From contig JAUVNS010000003.1 of the NCBI GenBank assembly GCA_030599585.1, forward strand, positions 288,001 to 352,000: 64,000 nucleotides of DNA. Direction: 5' to 3'. Below, piece by piece: positions 20,895-31,772 of this stretch. The notes beneath the pieces are model-generated. The model ran no database searches. It was given only the letters and a program-made list of their open reading frames with translations, and was not told the DNA's origin. Source of the DNA: Promethearchaeota archaeon (GTDB lineage Archaea > Asgardarchaeota > Lokiarchaeia > Sigyniarchaeales > SOKP01). A program made the translations under genes and the position numbers. Numbering within the stretch: the stretch's first letter is position 1; every line of letters begins with the position of its first letter.

Positions 20895-22103
20895 ATGAAA
20901 TATCTGCACTTTATGATGGATCAATTTTATTCAAGAGAATTTATTGAACAAATTCAATCTAGCTTTAAAATTGAAGAACATTATTTCATTATAGTTAAAA
21001 AAAAGAACAGAAAAAATTATATTATTTCAGAAAATTATCAGAACATTGAAGTAATTACAATTTCGCGTAAGAAAAAAATTTTAGAATTTACCCTTTCGCA
21101 TATAAAGTTCTTTACTATGGAATATAAAAGGATTCGAAAAATGATGAGACAAGCAGAAAATATCATCATTCATAATTTGACAGAAGAAATATCTGGAATA
21201 TTATTCGGATTCAAAGGAAAAGCAAAAACATTATGGGTAATTTGGGGAGGTGACTTATATGATTACATCCCATTAAATTTATATGATCATTACACTTCAA
21301 GATTATTACTAAAATTAGATAATAGAGTAATATCGGGTTTTATAAATTTCTACTATTCTTTTTTCTATGAAATAAAAAAGGCAGTAATAAGAAGACTTGA
21401 TTATGTAATTTCTGCGTATAAGGGAGATCTTACATTATTTATTAAATATTTTAAAACTAGAGCAGAATGCTATACTCAAAATATTTATCCTAATCCTGTT
21501 GATTTTAAAAAATTAGATGCGGGATTAAGTTATTCTATTGACAAAAAGTATTATTTTAAAAAAAAAGGATACAAATTACTCTTACTTGGTAATTCCGGAG
21601 GATCAACAAATAATCATCTCGATTTATTGATCCGGTTATCTGAAATGGAAGAACAAAATTTTAGAATAATCTGCCCACTTTCTTATGGCTCTCCGATTTA
21701 TATTAAGAAGATTATTGAAAAAGGTAAAACGCTCTTTGGAGATCGATTTGTCCCTCTGCTTGAATTTTTAAAACCAGATATTTATTTTCACATCTTAAAA
21801 CAGATTGATTTAGCAATTTTGTATCACAATCGGCAACAAGGGCAGGGAAATATCCAAATTCTTACATATTTGGGGAAACCAATATGCATGAAAAAAACGT
21901 CAATATTTTTTCATCTCAAAGAAAGGGGAGTGTCTGTTTTTTCAACTCAAGATTTAGAAAGATTACTATTAAACGAGATAGAATTTACTGAAGTTATGTC
22001 TAAAAAGAATAAAAAAATCGCATCGCAAAATCTTTCGGTAAAATCACTAATATCGTCAATAGAAAGCGTTTTTAATTTATTAGAAAATAGAAAATTTAGA
22101 TAA
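20895..22103 (+). CDS. WecF/RffT-like (GT56) TDP-Fuc4NAc transferase family protein
   Basis: WVIWGGDLY, LLGNSG..TNNH, PLSYG, HNRQQGQGNI motifs of the WecF family. Confidence 0.75.
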   Translation: MKYLHFMMDQFYSREFIEQIQSSFKIEEHYFIIVKKKNRKNYIISENYQNIEVITISRKKKILEFTLSHIKFFTMEYKRIRKMMRQAENIIIHNLTEEISGILFGFKGKAKTLWVIWGGDLYDYIPLNLYDHYTSRLLLKLDNRVISGFINFYYSFFYEIKKAVIRRLDYVISAYKGDLTLFIKYFKTRAECYTQNIYPNPVDFKKLDAGLSYSIDKKYYFKKKGYKLLLLGNSGGSTNNHLDLLIRLSEMEEQNFRIICPLSYGSPIYIKKIIEKGKTLFGDRFVPLLEFLKPDIYFHILKQIDLAILYHNRQQGQGNIQILTYLGKPICMKKTSIFFHLKERGVSVFSTQDLERLLLNEIEFTEVMSKKNKKIASQNLSVKSLISSIESVFNLLENRKFR

Positions 22104-22217
22104 GGTTTTGAAAGTAAGATTATAAAAATTATTGAGAAATGAAACCTGTACTAAAAATTATTAATTTCATTGAGTTCAAAGAGATATAATTAAAAAGATT
22201 GATATTGGGAGATTAAA

Positions 22218-23168
22218 ATGAGTAAAAAAATTCTAATATTGGGAGGTTTTGGTTTTATAGGTACAAATCTAATAATAGAATTATTAAAAAATGAAAAATT
22301 TGAAATAGTAGTCTTTGAAACTAAAAATTCTATTTTTGGGGAACAGGAACTTTTAAAAAAGATAGAAGTGCATAAAGGAGATTTTAATAAAGTAGAAGAT
22401 TATAAAGTAATTTTTAAAAATAATAAAATCGACTTGGTTGTCCACTTAATAAGCACAACTATTCCTTCAACCTCTAACAATAACATTAAATTTGATATTG
22501 AATCAAATCTCATAAATACTATAAATCTTTTAGATGTTATGATAAAATATAATTGTAAAAATATTGTTTTTTTCTCTTCTGGAGGTACAGTTTATGGTCC
22601 ATCAAAAAAAAAAACCAAAAAAAAAGAAGAAGATTCAAAGAATCCAATCTGTTCTTATGGAATAATTAAATTAACTATTGAAGAATATATTAAGCTTTAT
22701 GATTATTTATACGATTTAAATTATCTTATCATTAGACCATCAAACCCATATGGAGAACATCATTATAAATTAAATCAAGGCTTAATAAATGTCATTCTCA
22801 GTAAAATTATTAATAATGAAACCGTGGAAATTTGGGGCGATGGTTCTATAGTAAGAGATTACATATATATTAAAGATCTTGCTAAATTTGTCAGGGAGTT
22901 AATCGAGAAAGATATTAAGAAAGAAATTTTTAATGTTGGAACAGGAAAGGGATATTCTATTAATAGGATTATAAATTTCATTCAGAATGAAATAGGAGAT
23001 TTCAAAGTAACATATTTAAAAGAAAGAAAAGTAGATATAAAGAATTTTGAACTAAATATAGATAAATTAAAATCATTTATTAATTTAGATTTGACAAGTA
23101 TTAAAACGGGAATAAAAAAAACATACACATGGTTAAAAAAGATTCATCAAGAAACTAGTGCCTGTTAA
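22218..23168 (+). CDS. NAD-dependent nucleotide-sugar epimerase/reductase (extended SDR)
   Basis: GGFGFIG, SSGGTVYG, YGIIK (YxxxK), RDYIYIKD. Confidence 0.88.
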   Translation: MSKKILILGGFGFIGTNLIIELLKNEKFEIVVFETKNSIFGEQELLKKIEVHKGDFNKVEDYKVIFKNNKIDLVVHLISTTIPSTSNNNIKFDIESNLINTINLLDVMIKYNCKNIVFFSSGGTVYGPSKKKTKKKEEDSKNPICSYGIIKLTIEEYIKLYDYLYDLNYLIIRPSNPYGEHHYKLNQGLINVILSKIINNETVEIWGDGSIVRDYIYIKDLAKFVRELIEKDIKKEIFNVGTGKGYSINRIINFIQNEIGDFKVTYLKERKVDIKNFELNIDKLKSFINLDLTSIKTGIKKTYTWLKKIHQETSAC

Positions 23169-23494
23169 ACCTGAATAATAGTTATAAAAAATAATTTGAT
23201 TTAAGAAATTCCCGATTATTGATGAATTTCAATTTTTTCTCATTCTCAAATCCATAAGTCGAAATTTTATTGATTTCATGTAGATTTGTTTTAATATTTA
23301 TTTTACATCATTCATTCCAGAAAAAAATCAAAATGATATTTTGAATTTAATATTCTCTTATTAATATTTTATTGAAAAAATTAAATTTATGAAAAAATCC
23401 CAAAATTTCACAAAAATCTATAGTCCCATCAGATTCTTAAAAAAAAAGTGATTGGAATATTACAAATATTTACAAAATATATGTATTCTTATAT

Positions 23495-25366
23495 TCAATC
23501 TCTATATTTATTATTGAAAACTTGTTGAAGCCATATTTCAATTGTTAAAGCACGACAAATCTTTTTAGAAGTATTATAATTATAGTCATTAAATAACTTT
23601 TTCAAAATAATTAAAAAAGATTTTTTTGAATCTCGCAACAAATCTAAGAAATATTCTCTTATTGCAAAGAAAATAAATTTTTGCATATTTAGACATCTAT
23701 AAATTAGACTAGAGTTTTTGATAATAGGATTTAAATATTTAACAATAAAATTTATATCAATATATTTTGAATAAAGAGCATTTTCAGGATTTAGAATTTT
23801 TTTTGTCAATTTTATGATCTTGTGAGTTCTTAACCAATTCCCATAATCGGCATAATTTTTCTTAGATTCAATTATTGAAAATTTTTCCAGTAATGTCTTA
23901 ATGATTTCAAGAATTTTTCCATGTAATGTCATTTTTTCCGAAATAGCAAGTCCAGTTTTTTGCCATGGAATTTTTTTATAATATTCAGGATGTTTATACA
24001 ATAAGGTTTTATTATATAATTTACTGTGTAGACGATACTCATCCGGAAGAGAATATATAAATTCAATTAAATCATTGTCTAAAAAAGGTTTTCGCGTTTC
24101 TATTATACGAGATATCGCAAGTTGTCCGATATTTGTAAATCTTCTAGCACGAGTATCGATGAAATATGGACCTTCACGATTTATATTAAAGAAACTACTT
24201 TTTAAATCTGTAAATCTAATTTGATTTCCGAATCTTTTAATAGCCGCTCCTTTTTCAATTCTTTTATTGAGGTTACCAATCCAACTTCCTCCCATAATAA
24301 TGTCCCCCACAAAACCGTCAATATTTATATCACATAATTTTCTAAATTGTTCCTGGGGTAATGGATTGTGCAGATGTAGAAGAGAAACTAATCCATCGGT
24401 GTACCATACAAATTTAAATCTATTGTCCAACCAATTATCTTTATTTAACTCAAAAATATAATGGATATTATTTTTTATTTGGGAAACTAATTTTGCAATC
24501 CTTATATCATCACAATCTTTCTTACCAAAAGTATAGTATACAACATTTAAATCTTCAATTTGATCAATTATTGCCAGATTTAATCTTGAATCCAACCCAC
24601 CACTTATAGAGACACCTAATTTTTTATCAATATTAACTCTCTTTCTTACTGCTCTTTCTAATAATTTACCTAGTTGTATCACCGCTTCGTTAAAAGTTAT
24701 ATTTTGAGGTTTAATTGAGCTCCATTTCCAATAACGCTTCTCTTCCACAACTTTTCTTTTTTCTAAGGAATAGGTTATCACAGAAGATGCATTCATCAAT
24801 TTCACATCTTTAAACCACGTTATTTCACCTATTAAATGTCCAAGATCCATAAAACACTTTATAGCTTGAATATTTATTATTGGTATAAAAGCTTTAAATG
24901 GTAATAAAGCCTTGAGTTCTGATACCCAAGCAAAACAATCGTTATTGTTCCAAATATATAATGGTTTCATCCCATAGCGATCGGATATAAATTTTAGTTT
25001 TTTTTTATCATATAAAATTGCCGAATAAATTCCATCAATCTTTGAAAGCACAGTTTCTAAGTTATTATCTATATATGCATCAATTAATAATTCTGAAAAT
25101 GTCTTTGATTTGTATTTGAAAAGTTTGACAATTTCATTTAGATTATAGATTTCTCCCTCTATCCATGAATAAATTCCTGATTTTTGAAATGGAGTATTTT
25201 TTTCTCCTAAAATTCCTAAATGGACTCTTGAGGCAATAATTTTCTCATCAGAATAGATATCATCAAATTTATCTGAGGATGTATAGCTAATCATCTTCAA
25301 GGCATTTTCAATTTCAACTAATTTAAAATTATTTAAAATATCCACAACACCAACAAGCCCAGGAAT
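23495..25366 (-). CDS. Asparagine synthetase-like (AsnB-type) glycan amidotransferase, probable ATT start
   Basis: EGEIYN, DRYGMKPLY, SELKAL, ISGGLDSR (PP-loop), PFLDNDL. The frame extends upstream of the GTG at 25345 to (I/M)PGLVGVV at 25366, 7 nt after an AGGTGA RBS. Confidence 0.82.
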   Translation of the reverse strand: MPGLVGVVDILNNFKLVEIENALKMISYTSSDKFDDIYSDEKIIASRVHLGILGEKNTPFQKSGIYSWIEGEIYNLNEIVKLFKYKSKTFSELLIDAYIDNNLETVLSKIDGIYSAILYDKKKLKFISDRYGMKPLYIWNNNDCFAWVSELKALLPFKAFIPIINIQAIKCFMDLGHLIGEITWFKDVKLMNASSVITYSLEKRKVVEEKRYWKWSSIKPQNITFNEAVIQLGKLLERAVRKRVNIDKKLGVSISGGLDSRLNLAIIDQIEDLNVVYYTFGKKDCDDIRIAKLVSQIKNNIHYIFELNKDNWLDNRFKFVWYTDGLVSLLHLHNPLPQEQFRKLCDINIDGFVGDIIMGGSWIGNLNKRIEKGAAIKRFGNQIRFTDLKSSFFNINREGPYFIDTRARRFTNIGQLAISRIIETRKPFLDNDLIEFIYSLPDEYRLHSKLYNKTLLYKHPEYYKKIPWQKTGLAISEKMTLHGKILEIIKTLLEKFSIIESKKNYADYGNWLRTHKIIKLTKKILNPENALYSKYIDINFIVKYLNPIIKNSSLIYRCLNMQKFIFFAIREYFLDLLRDSKKSFLIILKKLFNDYNYNTSKKICRALTIEIWLQQVFNNKYRD

Positions 25367-25659
25367 AACATTCTCACCTTTGTTCTTAAAGATATTACTT
25401 CGTCTTAATTCTTTATTATTTATTCATATTATAATTAATTTTCATATTTTGTAATTTTCTATAAATATATTCACATTTATGTAGTTTTTTGATTCGCTGA
25501 GAGATCTATCTAAAATTAAATATAATCATTCATTAAATATAAAAAATTGAAATGAGTAAGATAAAAAATCCTTTAATATTATTTTCATTTTAATCCTTTA
25601 AATTGAATTTTAATATATAGAGGATTCTAATTTAAATAAAAAATACAGAATGTTGAAGA

Positions 25660-26937
25660 ATGTCAAGAAATATTCTATTTATAGTACGAAATTTTGAAAA
25701 AGGAGGGGGAGAGGAAAGAACAGCTGCTGAGTTAGGTAGTAAATTTCATAATAAAGGTTATAATATATATTATCTTTCATTTTTAAAGCCGTCTATTGAT
25801 ACTTATAAAGTAAAAGGTAAACATTTTAGTCTCATTGAAACGGTTTATCGATTTGATCTAGGAAAAGGAATAAAAATTGTTCTAAAAGATATAATTAAGG
25901 TTATTAGATTTAAGTTTAGAATTTTTACATATCCAAAAATAATTAAAAATTTTACTAAAAATTATAAAATTGATCTAATTATTTCATTTGGAGAATATAA
26001 TAATCTAGCTTGCTTATTAAGCAAAATTATATTCAAAAATAATACAAAATTAATAGTTTCAATCCGTAATAATCCAGATCTAATGTATACCAAAGATCAA
26101 AGTATATTAAAATATTTCATATTTAAAATAATTACTATAAAATATCTTTATAAAAAGGCAGATGTAATTATACCAAATTTTGAAGCGGATTTTGAAAATA
26201 TATTATATAATTATAATCCTAATAAAAATAATGTTAAATCAATATTTAATCTGTATAATATAAATCATTGCATAAAATTATCCAAGGAGAAAATCCCTTT
26301 CAAATACAATGAAATTTTTGAGAATTCTTTTGTTTTTATTAATATTGGAAGGATTGTTGAACAAAAAGGTCAGATACATTTAATTAAGAGCTTTAAAAAA
26401 GTTGTGGATAAAAATAACAAAATAAAATTAGTTATTTTAGGAGAAGGATCTCTTAAAAATGACTTCGAAAAACTAGTAAAATTATTAAATCTACAAACTA
26501 ATATCTTTTTTATTGGAATTCAATCTAATGTATTTCCATTCTTAAAAAGGTCTAATTGTTTTATCTTTACATCATTATGGGAGGGATTTCCAAATGTTAT
26601 TGTTGAAGCACTTTCAATGAATATCCCGATAATCTCAACGGATTGTAAATATGGTCCTAGAACAATTCTCTGTCCCGAACTAGATATTTCAGAAAAAGTT
26701 AATTATCCATACTTTGGAAAATATGGTATTTTAACCAAACCATTTTTCAATAGGAAAGCTTTAGATTATTTAAAGCTATCTAATGGGGAAAAAATCCTTT
26801 CTAATTTAATGATTAAAATTATTGAAGATCCTCATCTTAAAAAGAAATTTTCTAAAGGAATAATTAGAGCAAAAGATTTTAGTGAGGAAAAAATATTTCA
26901 TGAATGGGAAAAAATAATAAAACAATTGTTAAGTTAG
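25660..26937 (+). CDS. Glycosyltransferase family 4
   Basis: GGGEER, IGRIVEQKG, SLWEGFPNVIVEA, DCKYGP. Confidence 0.9.
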   Translation: MSRNILFIVRNFEKGGGEERTAAELGSKFHNKGYNIYYLSFLKPSIDTYKVKGKHFSLIETVYRFDLGKGIKIVLKDIIKVIRFKFRIFTYPKIIKNFTKNYKIDLIISFGEYNNLACLLSKIIFKNNTKLIVSIRNNPDLMYTKDQSILKYFIFKIITIKYLYKKADVIIPNFEADFENILYNYNPNKNNVKSIFNLYNINHCIKLSKEKIPFKYNEIFENSFVFINIGRIVEQKGQIHLIKSFKKVVDKNNKIKLVILGEGSLKNDFEKLVKLLNLQTNIFFIGIQSNVFPFLKRSNCFIFTSLWEGFPNVIVEALSMNIPIISTDCKYGPRTILCPELDISEKVNYPYFGKYGILTKPFFNRKALDYLKLSNGEKILSNLMIKIIEDPHLKKKFSKGIIRAKDFSEEKIFHEWEKIIKQLLS

Positions 26938-27035
26938 AAAATTTAATTACTTTAGGCAAAAATAAAATTACAAATCTATATGACAAATTTTTTAATTAAA
27001 GTTAGCAATTTAAGCCCAAACAAAAAGTTGATGAT

Positions 27036-28946
27036 ATGATCAATAAAACTAAAAGATTTCGCCCTTATTACTTAATTTTACTTATCCTCGCCATTATGAT
27101 TCCTTTTCTATGTTATCCTTATATTTTTGGTGTTGATGCATTTGAGTTAATTTGGATGGCAAATGCTATTAAAGAAGGAGCTTTATTTTCCGAAAATACT
27201 TGGTTAATCCATCCAACATCATATTTTGGATATTACCCCTTTTCTCATCGTGCTATAGGAATTCCTTTGATAATTGCATATTTATTAAGTTTTTTAAATC
27301 TCATTTCAGTCGGAATTTTTGGTATTAGTGAAGTAATATTAGTTTATAATATTATACTTATAATAGTCTTTTATAAAGCATCACGTAGTCTTGGAAATAC
27401 ATTATTTAATGAAGAATGGAGCCGATTCATGTTTACAGGTGCTTTATTATTCGCTCCTCATATTATAGATGAGTTTACAATGACCATTTCCACGAGAATA
27501 GTTATTACTATCTTTATTATTCTAATATTAAATTTTAATTTAAAAATAATTTCTGGGGATTACAAAATTAACTATAAAGATATAATCTACATATTATTAA
27601 TCTTTATACTCGGAGCCTTAATACATAGATTATGGTTAGGGATGATTATTCCATTTTTATTTACACTTATTATTTTTATTATTAGAAAAAATAAAAACAT
27701 TCTAAAATTGATTCTTATTTTTATTTTACCCTTAATTATTATCTGTTTTTTCTTGGGATTGTCAATTTTCGGTATTATGCCCCGTTTTGAACTAAATAAT
27801 TCAAGTTTAATTCAAAGTATCCTATTCTTTTTAAATTATTATGGATTTAATTTGGGATTAATCTCTCTTTTTTTTCCAATAGGCATAATAATTATGATTT
27901 ATAAAATATCTATAATATTAAAAAAAAAATATAAAATAGAGTCATCAATTTTTAAAGAAAAAAAGTTTCTTTTATTACAAAAAAACCTCTATTTAATCCT
28001 TTTTATTATTCCATTTATTTTCCTGTCACCCCAATTGTTTTACGCACTAACTCTTTTTTCACCTATGATAATTATCATCTCTATAAATGGTTTAATTTAT
28101 ATTAAGAATTATATTTCATCCATCTCTAAAACCGTAGATAGGTTTTTACCGTCAATTGTATTTTTACTTTTGTTTGGTTTTTATTTGGTAAGAATTGGAA
28201 TTTTCAAGCAAACAAAAATTAATTTAGTGTTTTTATTATTATTTTCAATTGGAATTTTAATAATTTTAATATCAATTTCTATAAAAATTCATCATAAAAA
28301 AAATAATTTTCATCTCAAATTAAGAAAAGAATTTTGGATTATTACATTAATTATTCCATTTCTAACATTTACTATGATGGAGATACAGATGAGAAATTAC
28401 GAAAGAATGAATAGTTCTTATCCTTGGGAAAATAATTATCTTACAAATGAAGAAAAACAAATAATCAATTATTTTCAAAACAAAGATTTAAATGGTTTGA
28501 TATTTGTTTGCGACGATGAAATTTCGGCAAGAATTGGAGGAATAGGATTTTTACCTACTTTTCATGGATTAGAACTGATTGGATTATGCTTATGGTATGG
28601 TGTGGTTAGTCCAGAAGAAATTCACATGGGAACAAAAGTATCATCTTCTCTGTTAGATTTAATAGCTCAGTATTATTATTTTTATAAACCTCTAAATGCC
28701 AATTGGTCGTCAGAATCATGGCCTTTAGAGGTTCTGAAGCTAAAAATTATCAAATTAAACATGACATACTTAATGGATTGCTTACTTATTCAATCTGAAT
28801 ACAATATTCAATATGTAGTTACTATTAAACAAAAATTTACCCATTTCAGTAATGAGTGGATCTTAATAGAATCTTTATACCAATCAGATTTAGAACCAAT
28901 TTTTTCAACTCAACACTTTTTAGTATGGAACTTGCACGGTTTATAG
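27036..28946 (+). CDS. Polytopic membrane protein, GT-C-like glycosyltransferase (paralogue of 15565-17496)
   Basis: Shares GVDAF..IWMA.A..GAL, TWLI.P.SYFGYYPFS.RAIG, EEWSRF, YPW.N.YLTNEE, NGLIFV, RIG..GFLP with the other copy. Confidence 0.65.
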   Translation: MINKTKRFRPYYLILLILAIMIPFLCYPYIFGVDAFELIWMANAIKEGALFSENTWLIHPTSYFGYYPFSHRAIGIPLIIAYLLSFLNLISVGIFGISEVILVYNIILIIVFYKASRSLGNTLFNEEWSRFMFTGALLFAPHIIDEFTMTISTRIVITIFIILILNFNLKIISGDYKINYKDIIYILLIFILGALIHRLWLGMIIPFLFTLIIFIIRKNKNILKLILIFILPLIIICFFLGLSIFGIMPRFELNNSSLIQSILFFLNYYGFNLGLISLFFPIGIIIMIYKISIILKKKYKIESSIFKEKKFLLLQKNLYLILFIIPFIFLSPQLFYALTLFSPMIIIISINGLIYIKNYISSISKTVDRFLPSIVFLLLFGFYLVRIGIFKQTKINLVFLLLFSIGILIILISISIKIHHKKNNFHLKLRKEFWIITLIIPFLTFTMMEIQMRNYERMNSSYPWENNYLTNEEKQIINYFQNKDLNGLIFVCDDEISARIGGIGFLPTFHGLELIGLCLWYGVVSPEEIHMGTKVSSSLLDLIAQYYYFYKPLNANWSSESWPLEVLKLKIIKLNMTYLMDCLLIQSEYNIQYVVTIKQKFTHFSNEWILIESLYQSDLEPIFSTQHFLVWNLHGL

Positions 28947-29104
28947 AAAAACCCCCATTAGGTTAAACCTATATATCAATTTTTATTTTCTTAGATTTTA
29001 AAGAATGAATTAGTATTTAAAAAAATACAAAATGTAATGATTTATTCCATTATCTCATTAAATTACAAAAATTAAAACTTAATCCTAAATTAGCTAGTAT
29101 CAAA

Positions 29105-30268
29105 ATGTCAATGAGAAAAAATATCGGTTTTGTTTTAGCTTCTAAATTATTTGGTGGAGCAGAAACAATAGTTAAGGAAATTCTACGAAAAATAAATCTT
29201 CATGAATTTAATGTATATCTATTCATCGATAAAGATCTTATAAAATTTTTCAAAGATCTTTCGAATATTAAAATAATTAATCTAGGAGATTTAAGAACCG
29301 CTTTACCATTTCATCCAACTATTTTTATTGCGAGAAAGATTCTTTTAAAAAGTGTTAAAAAATATAATATTTCACTTCTAAATTTCCATTTACCTCATTC
29401 ACTCTTCCTAAAAAAAGATAATAAAATAATTAATATCTTTACAATTCACGGAACAAAGTACTTAGATCCTGTTTTTTTTAAATCAAATCAAGCTAAGTAT
29501 AACTATAAGTCAATAAAGAATATCTATTTTTTGATAAGATATTATTTTGAAAAATGGATATATATAAAACAATTAAAGAAAACTGATTTTATAATCTCTG
29601 CGTGTGACTTCTTCTTAGATTTATTATCTAAAAATGGAATTAAGAATAAGAAAGTGAAAATTGAAAATGGCGTTGATTTATCTATCATCAAAAATCGTAA
29701 AAAGATATTGAAAAATCGAGAAGCAATAAGAATATTTTATTCCGGGGGGTCCCGTAATGTAAAGGGTTGGGATATTTTACTAAAGGCAATTAACAAAATA
29801 GCTAAAAAGAGCTATAGCTTTAAAATATTCTTTCTTAGGGAAGTCCCTAAAAGTCATACTATTAGAAAGTATGTTAAGAGCAAAAAATTACAAAATTACA
29901 TTGAATTTATTGGTTTTTGTAAGCGAGAAAAATATTTAGATTATATGTATAGCTGTGATTTTGTGTGCTTACCATCATATATTGAAGGAATTGCTGCTTC
30001 GTTGATGGATTGTCTTGCTTTAGGAAAGCCAATTGTGACTACTAAGGTTGGAGGGACGCCCGAAGTCATAAAGGATGGAGTAAATGGTTTTCTATGCCAG
30101 CCAACTAGTTCAAGCCTTGCTAAGACATTAGAAAAAGCCTTAAAAAACAAACAAAAACTTGAAGAGATGAGCAATAATAACCTTGAGAAAGCCATCGATT
30201 ATAGTTGGGATCTGGTTATCAAAAAGTATGAAAATCTATTTAAAAAAATTATAAAAAATTGGGTATAA
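29105..30268 (+). CDS. Glycosyltransferase family 4
   Basis: GGAE, TIHG, ENGVD, PSYIEG...GKPIVTTKVGG.PE. Confidence 0.9.
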   Translation: MSMRKNIGFVLASKLFGGAETIVKEILRKINLHEFNVYLFIDKDLIKFFKDLSNIKIINLGDLRTALPFHPTIFIARKILLKSVKKYNISLLNFHLPHSLFLKKDNKIINIFTIHGTKYLDPVFFKSNQAKYNYKSIKNIYFLIRYYFEKWIYIKQLKKTDFIISACDFFLDLLSKNGIKNKKVKIENGVDLSIIKNRKKILKNREAIRIFYSGGSRNVKGWDILLKAINKIAKKSYSFKIFFLREVPKSHTIRKYVKSKKLQNYIEFIGFCKREKYLDYMYSCDFVCLPSYIEGIAASLMDCLALGKPIVTTKVGGTPEVIKDGVNGFLCQPTSSSLAKTLEKALKNKQKLEEMSNNNLEKAIDYSWDLVIKKYENLFKKIIKNWV

Positions 30269-30304
30269 TTCAAATCTATATGTGAAAATAATGAAAACAT
30301 CAAA

Positions 30305-31543
30305 ATGAAGAAAATTAAATATCTCATACTAGGTGCTGGAATTAGTGGTTTATCATTTGCATATTATTTAAAAAGGGATGACTATCTAATTCTAGAAAAA
30401 GAAAACATACCTGGAGGTCTACTTCAGACAATAAAAAAGCAAGGGTTTACATGGGACTATTCAGGTCATTTTCTTCATTTCAAGAATGAAATATTGAAAA
30501 AAAATATAGAGACTTTAATGGGAGAAAAATTATTACATATTTCACCCAAAATAACAAGTATATATTATAAAGGTAGATTTATAGATTATCCCTTTCAAAA
30601 GAACATTCATCAACTGAATAAAAGTGATTTCATCGATTGTATTTATTACCTTTTTAATAAAAAACCTAAAGCTAAATATTCTAATTTCAGAGAGATGCTC
30701 CTAGGAAAGTTTGGAAAGGGAATTTGTGAAAAATTTCTATTTCCATACAATGAAAAACTGTATTCAACAGATTTAAATAATTTAGATGCAGCCGCGATAG
30801 GAAGATTTTTTCCTGACACAAATATTAAAGAAATCATAGAAAATTTTAAGAATCCTGAAAATTCATCCTATAATACTTCATTTATTTATCCTAAAGATGG
30901 AATTTATTCTTTTTTAGAATTATTTATTAAAAATTTAATTAAGATTAAATCAAATGAGGAAATTAGAGGAATAAATATTAGTAATAAAATTGTTAAAACT
31001 AAAAAAGAGGAATACAAATACAAATTTTTAATTAATACGATTCCATTAAATGAATTCTTAAATCTGTGTAATATTCAAACCAATAATATTTTAAATCATA
31101 ATAAAGTATTAGTGTTTAATCTAGGATTTGATTCTGAATCAAATTTTAAAAATCATTGGATCTATTTCCCTGATAAAAATATTTCCTTCTATAGAGTTGG
31201 TTTTTATAATAATATTTTGAATGAAAACCTATTATCTTTATATGTAGAGATTGGTTTTAAATCAAAAAAATTGGTGGATATTAAATCTTATAAGAAAAGA
31301 GTATTATATGACTTAAAAAGGGTTGGCATAATCGAAAATCATAATTTACTAGCTGATCATCATGTTATAATAAATCCAGCATATTGTTTTATTTCAAAAG
31401 ATTCAAAAAAATTCGTTTCTAAAATTGAATCCTATCTTTCAAATAATAATATATATTTGTGTGGAAGATATGCACAATGGATATATTGTTCAATCGAAGA
31501 TAATATTATTAGAGCAAAAGGTTTAGCCAATAAGTTATCTTGA
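30305..31543 (+). CDS. FAD-dependent oxidoreductase, UDP-galactopyranose mutase-like
   Basis: GAGISGL, E....GG, GFTWDYSGHFLH, PYNEKL, FIYPKDG, FYRV, GRYAQWIY. Confidence 0.7.
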   Translation: MKKIKYLILGAGISGLSFAYYLKRDDYLILEKENIPGGLLQTIKKQGFTWDYSGHFLHFKNEILKKNIETLMGEKLLHISPKITSIYYKGRFIDYPFQKNIHQLNKSDFIDCIYYLFNKKPKAKYSNFREMLLGKFGKGICEKFLFPYNEKLYSTDLNNLDAAAIGRFFPDTNIKEIIENFKNPENSSYNTSFIYPKDGIYSFLELFIKNLIKIKSNEEIRGINISNKIVKTKKEEYKYKFLINTIPLNEFLNLCNIQTNNILNHNKVLVFNLGFDSESNFKNHWIYFPDKNISFYRVGFYNNILNENLLSLYVEIGFKSKKLVDIKSYKKRVLYDLKRVGIIENHNLLADHHVIINPAYCFISKDSKKFVSKIESYLSNNNIYLCGRYAQWIYCSIEDNIIRAKGLANKLS

Positions 31544-31772
31544 TTTTTTTATGAGGTTGTTTTAAATAACTTATTGTTTGAGTATTTCCGTTTTTTTACA
31601 TTATAATAAATAGTTAAACCAAAAGGTAATATTTTTTAAAGCACATTAATAAATTTCCTTCATTAAAATATTTTTATTCTTTACACTTCTAAATAAGAAA
31701 CATTAGGGTTGAAAAAAGCTTAATTTTTAATCGATCAAAACTTTAAAAATTTAATTTATATCAATAAGATTT

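Noticed and set aside
23169-23494. 326-nt spacer between convergent genes as a gene remnant or ncRNA
   Set aside because: AT-rich, with no recognisable homology or strong structure by eye.
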